Part shown: piece after piece, positions 40,101 to 50,800 of the stretch
Numbering within the stretch: position 1 is the stretch's first letter
Layout: every line of letters starts with the position of its first letter
NCBI GenBank assembly: GCA_002633005.1
Contig: NMRA01000066.1
Location: forward strand, 893,912-957,911
Length of the DNA: 64,000 nt
Direction: 5' to 3'
DNA from: Phoronis australis
Taxonomy: Eukaryota; Animalia; Phoronida
Program-made: the position numbers and the translations under genes
Notes under the pieces: generated by a model
Told to the model about the DNA's origin: nothing
Seen by the model: only the letters and a program-made list of their open reading frames with translations
Databases searched by the model: none

Positions 40101-40290
40101 CATCTCGTTGGATTTGGATGAAATACCAACAGCAACACCAACAACAACCGTCAGACAGAGCCTGATCAACTCTGTTGTCCCGCCTACTACGCCTACTGGA
40201 GATGGTCTTGGTTTAGGGACGAAACCATTAAGGACAGCAGGAGACCAACTGAAGATGGGAGTTGAGCACAGTGTCACCAAGTATTTAAAG
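37200..40290 (+). mobile_element. Decayed non-LTR retrotransposon with restriction-like endonuclease (HERO-like, R2 group)
   Basis: Frameshifted pieces: N-terminal zinc finger CICGKILKNERGLKIH; RT motifs SAPGPSGI, PKEENS..QFRLISLLSVEGKI, PGFSGCLEH, VWLDMSNAYGSVP; zinc knuckle CGRRCTLEHILSSC..GRYTYRHNQVL; endonuclease RPDLV..IELTSPWE..EEAHERKNLKY..VEVGCRGF. The central RT (YADD-type) region is deleted. Absent from the matching region of paralog A. Confidence 0.88.
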
Positions 40291-40836
40291 TAAGTTCAGA
40301 TCGGCCGCCCTTGAGGTCATGGTGATGATTATCATCATTTTTAAAATCTATTGATCTATTTACACTAACCTCCGATAAAGAAACGCGAAGAGTACCTGGT
40401 GGCAGTGCCAAGTTTTCTCCCGAGACGAGTAACTCGTTTTTTCACGATAAACCGGATGGGATCAACTTCAGCTGACGTCAGCACAACTTAGTTAGACAAC
40501 CCATTCTCTCAACGGTTAATCTCGGATTTCCCTTTAGATGGCTCAAAACTTTGCTGAGGAAACTTTTAAAACACCCCCAAATGTTTACTTTGAGTAATAA
40601 AACAAATTACAAGGCCATGATAACAGATGTTGCCTAATTCAAAGTGGCTGCTGTGGCCGCGGAAGACAACTTGGCTGTACGTACACGTAACTGCATTCGT
40701 GCCTCTCGGCAAGCCTTATCTATTTACCTCTCATCATGTCCACTCAGGCTCGGAGTCAGCCAGGCTCAGCCCACGACTCCACTCCCAGCGCCTAACATGC
40801 CGAGTGAAAAATGTGACATTTCCTGTTAATACTCAC

Positions 40837-40872
40837 CCCTCGAATATCCCAGTATGCTAGAGTAAGTGGCAT
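40837..40872 (-). CDS. GSTM: Second (distal) coding first exon of GSTM paralog B
   Basis: 36 bp MPLTLAYWDIRG plus GTGAGT donor, phase 0. Flanks align with the distal exon of paralog A (10260-10810 vs 40686-41045). Confidence 0.82.
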
Positions 40873-40946
40873 TGCAAATGACAATTCAAGCCCGAACTAC
40901 GGTTTGCTCCTGGACAGTCGACAACTTTAAGTTCTAATGAGGCAGG

Positions 40947-40967
40947 GCTCTGTCAGTGCCACGTGAC
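40947..40967 (-). promoter_or_regulatory. ARE-like plus E-box module upstream of GSTM-B distal exon 1
   Basis: Minus strand GTCACGTGG-CAC-TGACAGAGC. Only the free positions differ from the paralog A copy. Confidence 0.5.
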
Positions 40968-41798
40968 CTTCGGTGCCAAGCTACCGGAGGTTTCCAGATA
41001 AGCGCCGATGCGCATTGAGAGTTACAGTACATTCCCGCCGATAAAGATGATAACGAACGCTTTGAGAGACGTTTGCTCTTGTTTTTTGTCTCTCTGTCAC
41101 TACGTTTAGATTGCACTCGGTTCCTACAACACCTTTGTTGGTTGTGGTGTTTTTTACATTGCTCAGTGGGCAGAAGAGCTCGCCACATCTAGACGGCGCT
41201 CATGGCGCGGTTCCAGAGCAGGAGGGTCATCTGAGATACATGTATGTTTGAAATTTGTGGCCAGAGCACTTCCAACGTATGGACATTTCCCATTGCCCAT
41301 CGCTGCCGAAGTTCTGCTTTCTTGATTACACCACGGAAAATTCAGTTCAAATCTGTCTTCGTAAGGACGAATTCTTAAATTTTCCCTTTCCAAGCTCATA
41401 ATAGCTAATGCACATAGTTTTTATTGCGATATCATTGATTTCAATACGCTTTTCATTATTTTCAGTCGAGAAAATAACCCTTCTCAAGAGCAATTAGCAA
41501 CCATGAAAACTCAAAAACATTCTCAACACAAATTTCACGTTTGGGAACGTTGACTTATCTCGAATTTTGTAGAATACTTGGTGCAAGTCCTTGAAATCTT
41601 TTGAGCCAGTACAGTCAGTTATTCTGCTTCACGAAAGTATGGAGGTGCAGCAGTTCACCTATAAGGTTTTCGTCAACATCGGCTGGATATACACCTTCTT
41701 CAATATTTCGAATGGGGCCCGGATTTAATTCGCTAATGAGAAAAGTCGCTCGTGACAAATGCAATTTGGAAGTTGAAAAAAGCTTGCAAACAAAACAA

Positions 41799-44445
41799 TA
41801 GGCATCAGTGGCGGATTTAGAGGGGGGCCAAGGCAGCCTGGGCCCGACCTAAAATGTCTGACGGGCAAAACCCTGGCTAATACTCTGCCCTGGCCCCGCC
41901 CCTAACTCAAAATCCTGGATCCGCCCCTAAACAACAGTTAAGGAATATGCTAACCACTCTTGGTGTTACACTTCTCCATTAACCTTTCTTGGTTGAAAGA
42001 CACCTTTTGAGCAATGTTGGTCCTGCTTTTAAATGATCGTCTTGATTTTTCAAATGGAACATCCCAATGGTGGCAATCTGAATTATCAGCAGGATTGTTT
42101 CGTCTTCTGGTATCGATGTCAGAAATTGTTCGTGAATGTCTCAGTATTTATCGGCCGGGTTGCGAGTGATAAATTTTCAACATTTTTGGCTAATTGCTTT
42201 CAGAATTGTGCTCTCATAATGTGGAGCACTCGGGTGTCTCAGTGACAGAATCCGCATGTAATGGCTGATGAGAACAATGTTGAGACTTGTGTTTTGTTTA
42301 CGAGATAACTTCAAATTCCTCTACTGTCTTGGAAAACACAATCACCACATAAGTGGTCTGGTGAAGAGGGTTCTTTACTTGTGAATACTATTCTCTTCTC
42401 ACGAACTCCCTTCATTTTCTCAAGCACTGCTTTGGTATGAAGCGTAAGTATAGATACCTTATCAAATATATCAACATTGATTGCACATCATCACTCACAT
42501 TCTAAGGTATTCGCATGCAAATCTACTAGTTACTAATTCATAGCCTGCATTATCATTCATATGCAAGCAATCTTTTATTATAGAAATTTCAGTTGTAATG
42601 GGGCCATGGTTGAATGTGTGTTCTACTGAATTATTATATTCATTTAGTTAGATTAGCTAGGGTGGTTGGAACTTCGTTGTGAAATTTTGGTTGTTAACTT
42701 GTTTTAATGATTATCCGGAGACTGACGACTCCCTTTGTTTTATACTGTGTCTCTGTCTACAATTGTATAACGACCGTCTGAAGGAAACCTTTACACTGTT
42801 AAGGCTTAGTACAGCTCCCAAATATTTATGTTGTAAATTTTTGACTTAACTAACAAAAGGGGTGGGGGAGTGTATTGTAATGAGGCTACGCCCTCCACGT
42901 TTAATCGAGGTTTCCAAAACCTAAAAGTGCATTGCAAACTTATCTTTCACTCTTTGACTTTAATTGAGCTTATCACGGATGTTATGCAAGAATTGTTCCA
43001 AAGGTCAGCTGACTTGAAATTGCTGAGTAAGCATCGTTCAAACTTTATGCAAGTATCATGCGCGAACTCTGCTTGTGGACTTTAACTGTCACGAGATGGG
43101 TCCATCAAGGCATCATACTATGACAGCTAGAACAATATTTAAGACATTGGCTGACAAGGAGAATCAGACCAGAACATCAGAATAGACCACGGGGCCACCA
43201 AACAGCCAGACCAGACCTCCAGGACGAGCAGACCACGAAGTCCGGGAAAGTCGGACGATAACCACATTGCGACACGAACTCGAGGTATAGACATTTAACA
43301 TGGGCGTTGGTCTCAGCCTGTTAATCAATTTGAACCAGTCTAGCGATTTTTCGAGAAGGATAGTTCTGTTGTGACTTGCATTGCATTAACGTGTGCGGTA
43401 GCTACGAGTAACTGGTGGCTATGTAGAATAGTACCTAGCGATATATCGTTTCATTCTAACAGTCGTAAGTCTCACAACTCGATGTAATCTATTATTTGTA
43501 AATCACAACGCTGCAAATTAAATAGACGTATTCTATTGTTAAAGTACATGAATGTGTTGTTTTATTTACTACCACGTGCACGCCATCTGTCGGCCGCAAC
43601 ACGCATTGATATATCACATAGGCAGCAGTGGCGGATTTAGAGGGGGCCAAGGCAGCCTGGGCCCGACCTAAAATGTCTGACTGGCAAAACTCTGGTTAAC
43701 ACTCTGCCCTGGCCCCGCCCCCTAACTCAAAATCCTAGATCCGCCCCTAAACAATAGTTAACCACTCTTAGTGTTACACATTCTCCATTAAATTTTCTGG
43801 ATTGAAAGACACCTTTTGAGCAATGTTGGTCCTGTTTTTAAATGATCGTCTTGATTTTCAATTGGAGCATCTCAATGGTGGCAATCTGAATTACCAGTGA
43901 GGATGTTTATCTTCCGGTATCGAACCCCAATGTCAGAAATTGTTCGTGAATGTCTGTGTTTATCGGATTGCGAGTGATAAATTTTTAACATTTTTGGCTA
44001 ATTGCTTTCAGAATTTTGCTCTCATAATGTGGAGCACTCGGGTGTCTCAGTGACAGAATCTGCATGTAATGGCTGATGAGAACAATGTTGAGGCTTGTGT
44101 TTTGTTTACGAGAGAACTTCAAATTCCTCTACTGTCTTGGAAAACACAATCACAACATAATTGGTCTGGTGAAGAGGGTGCTTCTTTACTTGTGAATACT
44201 AAATAACTATTCTCTTCTCATGAACTGCTGTGGTATGAAACGTAAGTGCAGATACCTTATCAAATATATCAACATTGATTGCACATCATCACTCACATTC
44301 TAAGGTATTCACCCACAATGCAACCACTGTCAAACATTTGTCCGTCTCCTTCGCATGCAAGTCTACTAGTCACTAATTCATAGCCTGCATTATCATTCAG
44401 ATGCAAGTAATCTTTTATTATTGTATTTTCAGTTGTAATTGGGGA
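41799..44445 (+). repeat. Direct duplication of ~800 bp (41799-42606 and 43619-44445) separated by ~1 kb
   Basis: Collinear identity from TAGGCAnCAGTGGCGGATTTAG to TTTCAGTTGTAAT, with small indels. Confidence 0.85.
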
Positions 44446-45761
44446 CACCAAGAAATAGTAAAAAAGGGTAAATGTGGCGGATGGGCTTCTCTTGTTAAAG
44501 AGGCTGATAACTGTAAAAAAAACATTTGATTTGGGACACCTACCACTATAAATCTGGTCTTGCAGTTCCAAGCGCTACCAAACTGCAAATGTCAGTTCTC
44601 TTCCATAGCCAAGAACAATTTTACGGCGGAAAGTTACTTAAATTAAAAGATAGTTTTTGACAGCCCAAGGTGGAATAGTCACTTTAATCAACTCAGGAGT
44701 CCACGATACTTTGAAAGGTAGGCAAGTCATGCAAGGTATTTTTCTACCTCCACTTGGGGAAAGTTGAACGCAGGATGAGTCTATAGGAAACTATTGTCAT
44801 TCATGTGGAGAAATGTGGTAATGAGAGAAGAATTGTGGTGCATGAGAAAAGTATAACAGCTCATGAAAAAAGTATTCACAATAAAGGAATTTTGCTGGCC
44901 GGGAAGAATGTCCAAAACATTCCAGGAGAAAGATTGGCGCTGAAACAAAGTGCTCCTAACAAAAACACAATAAACACATAGCGTTAAAAACAAGAAATTT
45001 ATTCAACCGAATAATTAATAAATAACAAAAAGTTTTAACTGGAGAGGAGGAAAAACATACAAAATCTGATTTGGAAAATCAGGATCTCCAAAACCTCTTT
45101 GAAATCTCTAAAATCACTTTACGCGGTTATAAACCCATGTCCTGTCAATAAAAAGAAAGTTTGAGATAGACCACTGACCACCATAAAATTGGCCCCGATT
45201 TGACTGAGGAACAATTTGTGTGTTTCATAATGACAAGTGGTCAAAATCAAAAGCTGGTTTTTATGATGGAAGGTGGATTTATAGCCAGTTTAAACAATAC
45301 TATATTACAAAATCTCTGCCCTGTAAATGAACGTTCATCCTTTGCATCAGTCCACAGCAAATTACTGTGGTTCACTTGATGATTGGCCAACTAGATTTTT
45401 CCGTGGTTCCTTCATATCTGAACAATGCTCAATTCTGAAGTGATTGCGTGTCCTGTTCACACCATGTCGATTGCCGTTTCATTATTGCTAGGTCATGTGA
45501 CTTTCCCAAATATCCATCATCTTTTACTGTAATAAAAACCATCAACACATGACAACAGTGCCAATATAATTGTGAATTTTTGATTTATAATTTTCACAAT
45601 GGGTCACGTGAAAATTTATAAGTTTGAATTTCCAGAGACCAGCATTCTCCAAATCAAGAATTATACAGAGAACAAAAAGCAATAAATAAGAGTGTCAATC
45701 TTGTTTATCATAAACTTTATAAACATGTAAATCTTAAACCGGCATGGAAATACTAACATTT

Positions 45762-45940
45762 TTAAGTCTTGTCTGCACGCCACCTATTGGCCACACCACG
45801 TGACCTAATCAACATAAGTCTGAAAAGATTTCTGCCCACAACCTGGGTTCAAGTCCCGGTCGGTGGCAGATATCTTTCGGATTTAAGTTCATTAGGTCGC
45901 GAGGTGTAGCCAACAGGTGGCGTGCAGACTAGACTAAAAA
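45762..45940. repeat. ~175 bp imperfect palindrome (fold-back MITE-like)
   Basis: Arms AGTCTTGTCTGCACGCCACCTATTGGCC... and ...GCCAACAGGTGGCGTGCAGACTAGACT pair over about 75 bp; the loop contains GGTTCAAGTCCC. Confidence 0.75.
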
Positions 45941-46540
45941 TTGCTTGTGATTTGTATGTTGATACGGCACAAATGTAGCAATATTACCAATATACAAATG
46001 TCGCTAGTAGAATCAACCTTTTTCTACCATATACACTACAAGCCAAAAACTGTCAGACAAAATGATCCAGAATTCTCCGTCATTACCGCTGAGCAGAAGT
46101 TCAATTCATCGTCAAAGAGGCCTTCCGTTACAACCGAGATCAGAATAGTTCGGTAGCAGCCTTTCGTTAACACAAACTTAGTTGAAAACACGACTGAACT
46201 TTTTGTTTGACAGCTTAATACAGACTCGCTCGTAGTGTCTAAACAATCTCCTTTCTTCACCGAGACACATAACAGACAAACAACTTAGAACACCAGCTAT
46301 ATTTCGAGACTGCATGTCTCATTATCAGGCAATAAGTGAAATGAACACATACAAAGCGAAATAAACAGTGAAATGCACGGCAACAGAAGTAAGAGGGGCA
46401 CACGAGCGAGTCTGTACTGAGCTGTCAAACAAAAAGCCCAGTTTTGTTTTCAACGAAGTTTGTCACAACCAAGACTGAAGGTGAATTAACAAGGCATTTA
46501 ATACAGGTGGCTAAGTAGTCTGTAATCATTTCTACCGTTA

Positions 46541-47353
46541 GGGCTGTTCCAGCAAAATTTGTATGGGAGGGGGGGGGGAAGGCACTTAAATTTCGTACCC
46601 ACTGCCCATATTTTTCATTTATTTCTCCAACCCATGACCCATGATTTTTTAATTATTTTTAACAGGTTAAAATATAAAATTCAACACTTGCAAACAAATT
46701 GCCTCCAGGAGGACCTGTTAAGAACTTAGATGATTGACAGACAAGAACTAGTTGTCTTGTCCAATATTGTCAAAAACTAAAGTAGCCTGTGAGCAATACT
46801 TTTGGTAGCCACCAGGTGTCTCTGTTCACCATGTGTCTATAATTTCAATGAACATTTTTTCAATTATAAGGATCTATGAATCTCAAACTGTCTCCATGAA
46901 CTCTTTTATACTTCTATGTAAAGTGAATATTGGAACTTGTTTATCTTACTCCTCATGCTTTTTATTTAAAAATCATCAATTTTCTTATATGTGTTAACAG
47001 CAGTTTAGTGTTGCATAACTTTTCAATTCAATAGGACTGCAGACAGTTGGCTCAAATCAAGTTGCCCATGACTTGATTAATGGCTTAGTGAACATATTGC
47101 ATTCTGTTCACTGGCAATATGGGCTTTTTTGTATTGGGATAAGTTAGGATATATGCCAATTGCATTTTTTTGCGTTTTGAGGGCTGAAGTAACCAACCAT
47201 TCAACATTAACAGGTAAAAAATACCACCCATTTTTAACGCATCACTTTTACAGGAACGACCACCCACAATTTGATTTTTTTTCTGAAAACCACCACCCAT
47301 GAATTTTTGTTTCTACTGCCGTCCCCCCCACACGAATTTTACTGGTACAGCCC
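46541..47353. mobile_element. PIF/Harbinger-like MITE
   Basis: TIR GGGCTGTTCCAGCAAAATTTGTATGGG vs reverse complement GGGCTGTACCAGTAAAATTCGTGTGGG; TTA on both flanks. Confidence 0.7.
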
Positions 47354-47844
47354 TTAACAGAATTACCTGCCATGACAGGGAAATGGTATTTTGTCCGATT
47401 ACCTTCGTTTGTCTATGATTGTACTTAGGTCCATAAGCCTACACCCGAAACAATGTACTTTTGAAAAGAAAGCTAATTTTTTGGCCTATACACTTAATAT
47501 GTTTCATTTACAGTTATTGCAAGTCACTATTTCCTTTATTAACCCATGTCATACATTGTGTGTCCCCACTTTTCATTTAAATACTAGATAATGTCAACAT
47601 GTAGCCTTCTATAATGGTTAAGTCGAGGCTCGCTCACATACTATTTTAAAAAGTTGCTCCTTGGTTTTTGTTCAATGTTTCACTTAAAAGGGATACAAGT
47701 TTAAACATGAGCATTTGTGCACAGAAATAGTATCATTCCCTCTTAGAATTGTCTACACAAGTGACAAAATGTAGGGTGCTCGTGGGGTCTTGAGAAGAAA
47801 GAGTGAACATACATCTGAGTGTTGACCAGCAACCACATAGAAGC

Positions 47845-50800
47845 TTACCTGAACATGCTAAGCACAAAACCCAAGACTTGCCAAAGAGCTTCCAATAGTT
47901 AAATTCTTCCAAGAATAAGCAAGACACAACCACACAATTATACAGTATGAGACAAAAGTAATCAGACAAAATACCATTTTCCCATTGGAAAATTCTGTTA
48001 ACAGCAAAGATTAATAGAACTGAAATAAATATTTGGGTGCAGAATGAAGAATGACTTAGCCACGTTACTTAGTTTCCTGTTAATTCACCCTTATTCACAG
48101 TCATGAGGTACGACTACTTTGACAATGAATTTGGCTTCCACACTACTGTGGCGACAGGAAATTCCAAGTCAGTTTGTCTACTTTTGGCTTGTACTGTACA
48201 CGTACATCAATTCAAAAATTACACACCTTTTGTATCCGCTCCCGAAGATTGCATCAGCATCTGGCGCTCCCTTGGGGTGTTTATAAGTCACTCGTCGCTC
48301 GCGGTTATAAACGGGTTGTTGTACTGGCTTCTCCAGATTTGACATCATTTCTGTAATAGACAAATACAATATTGTTAATGTGTCATGCATAACACAGCGA
48401 TATTTAGTATAATTGTGAGAAATGAAAGTTAAGCTTGGAGATGAATATCAAGATGATGCTCCATCACTAATAAGCTTGAATAAGCAGGATCAAATTTAAC
48501 TAGTAAGTATACACACCCTGGAAGGAAATAAATTGAACAAACTTTATTAGGATGATGGTCAGTAAACTGAAAAAGATGAAAAAAGACCAAGTCCCAAAAC
48601 ACTGTTGGAAACTTTGTAATTCGCACACTTGGTTATCATTCCTTTAACTTGCCACAATGCCTCCTTTACGTTACCTTGGTAATCTTCCTCTTCCTGCCGT
48701 TCATGCATATCCAACACAACACGCTTCATCTGTGCCTTCTCAGCTTGTTCTGCCTGTGACAAAAAATGATGGACACTTAGCTAATTTGACCGCATAGTAA
48801 CCAAGTCAGTCACGAGCCTCAATGGAAAATGTTGCAGGGCACTACAAGAACAATAAACAAGGTTTGACTTGAAAACTGACCAATCAATAACATGGAGGTT
48901 TACTAGAAGTGTGTGATGCGGCTGATCAATTTTAAGTCACCATTAGTTAGTCGCAGGTCCCAAAAACAGACTGGCCATTTGCAGAGACACTTTTGAAAAA
49001 TCATTGTTTTGGCTTACGTTTTGGGTAAAATCATCCGTTCATTTTTAATACGGCCAGCAAATGTTCCTAAGTACACACAGCAACGCTAGTACTGAATGCT
49101 TCTGTGGGAAGATTCACCGCTGCGACTTTCACTTGACCTAGTTAGCGCTGTGCAAGAGCGAAATAGAACAGTCAACAGACACACTGTCAGATTTTTTTCC
49201 TGTCCCTCAGTACCTTTTGCACAAACACACATTCACTGCCATTCCCACCCTCACCCACTCAACCCACACACACACACTCACTTCTTCTCTCTCCCTGAAC
49301 TTGGAGGCGAACTCGGCCGAAATGGGAACGTTGAGATCAGAGAAGTGCTGCTTGTTACCCCGTCTGGTCATCAGAACAAACTTGATGGCACCCTGGGGAG
49401 GGGGTGTGGCAGGCGCGGGGGCAGGGACGTCCGATGGTGGAGTTGAACTGAAGATGTCTGGAAGTACAAAAGAGATGAACTGGGGCCGCTGTATCAGTGG
49501 GATATCATTACTGTAATGAGGAATACTGGGCTACATTTAGTGGCCTGCAGCTGGGCAAAGTGACATCAAATTTTGTTTGGCATCCAGATAAAAATGCCAA
49601 GTCCTCACTAAGTCGCTGGATTTTTGCGAGTTGCAACCAAGTCAGAAGTCAGACGGATAAGAAATCACCTGTAATTCCCTTTGAAATTTCTGACGAGTTC
49701 AAACGCAATACCTAGTTTGTTTAACTATAATCAATTTATTTACTTCAAGAAACTAGTACACCTGACAACCTTAGCACACACTTGAGCATGCGCTCAAGCT
49801 ACAACAGGAAGTAAACAGACGAGATCGGCATTATTCGGCAAAATCTGGTAAGCTCATTCAATGTATACTATTTGCTAAAAGCCAGTATTCTCCTTAGGTA
49901 AGAGCTCAATGGAAAAACCATAGTCATTGCAAGAATTACCTCTATTTTCCCATTCAACTAAACAAGAATACAAGAACACTGCAAGGGAGCCTGGGACTTT
50001 TGTGCTGCTGGTAGGGACCTTTAACTAACATCACCACTTTCACGACTATTAATAACACGTACACTTTCCACAACCTCTACCCTCCCCAAGTGTACAAAAT
50101 TTTGAAAGTTTTACAGACCAGAATTTAATGTTAAACATATGTGTAAAAAGCCCATGGATGTTCCATCAAATTTTTAAAGATGAGAAAAAGCAATAAATAA
50201 AGCGCTTAATATTGTCATTGCACATCACCATATTCATGTGACCTACCTGGTATGGGTCCCAGTGTCACATACAGTGCAAATGTGGCCTACCTGGTATGGG
50301 TACTGTGCCTGTGGCCTGTTTGTTAGCACCAGAGCCCCGCAAATGCATGGGAACAGCGATGTCCAATGTGGGGACCTTGACCGACTCCTGGCTGCGGGCC
50401 TGAGGAGCCAAAACACATAGTTACAGTACACAACAGAATAGATCTCTCGATTGACTTCAGTAAAGCTGTGAAGACTGGCACCGCCTTGACTCTAGCAAAA
50501 GTCCGTCAAAATATCTCTAACACTTTTGTGCTTGGCTTTCCAATATTTCTAAGGAATTCTACCTATTTGAAATTCTTTAATCACTAAAAGAATTAACTCC
50601 CTGACAGGATTTGTGAGTAAGAACGCGCCAGATGCAATGTACCCAAATTGTCTGTGCAGTAGGTACAACTTATGCACGAGCAAACAAAATGTTCATGAGA
50701 AAAGAATTGTGGTGCAAGAGAAAAGAATTGTGGTGCAAGAGAAAAGAATTGTGGTGCAAGAGAAAAGAATGCAAATTTTTTAGAACATATAAACCAATCG

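Larger units (their letters stand above)
25690..41045 (+). repeat. Second copy of a tandem segmental duplication (first copy <1 to ~10810)
   Basis: Collinear similarity through exons and introns: 1-8170 vs ~25690-35080; 9010-9205 vs 40465-40655; 10260-10810 vs 40686-41045. The copies differ by copy-specific insertions. Confidence 0.92.

Noticed and set aside
42264-42290. CTGATGA followed by a small stem (possible hammerhead; also ~44073 and ~11130)
   Set aside because: No GAAA core and no stem I or III partners.
48060-48110. SECIS-like ATGA..AA..GA pattern near the UPF2 3' end
   Set aside because: Helix II does not form, and UPF2 has no in-frame UGA to recode.
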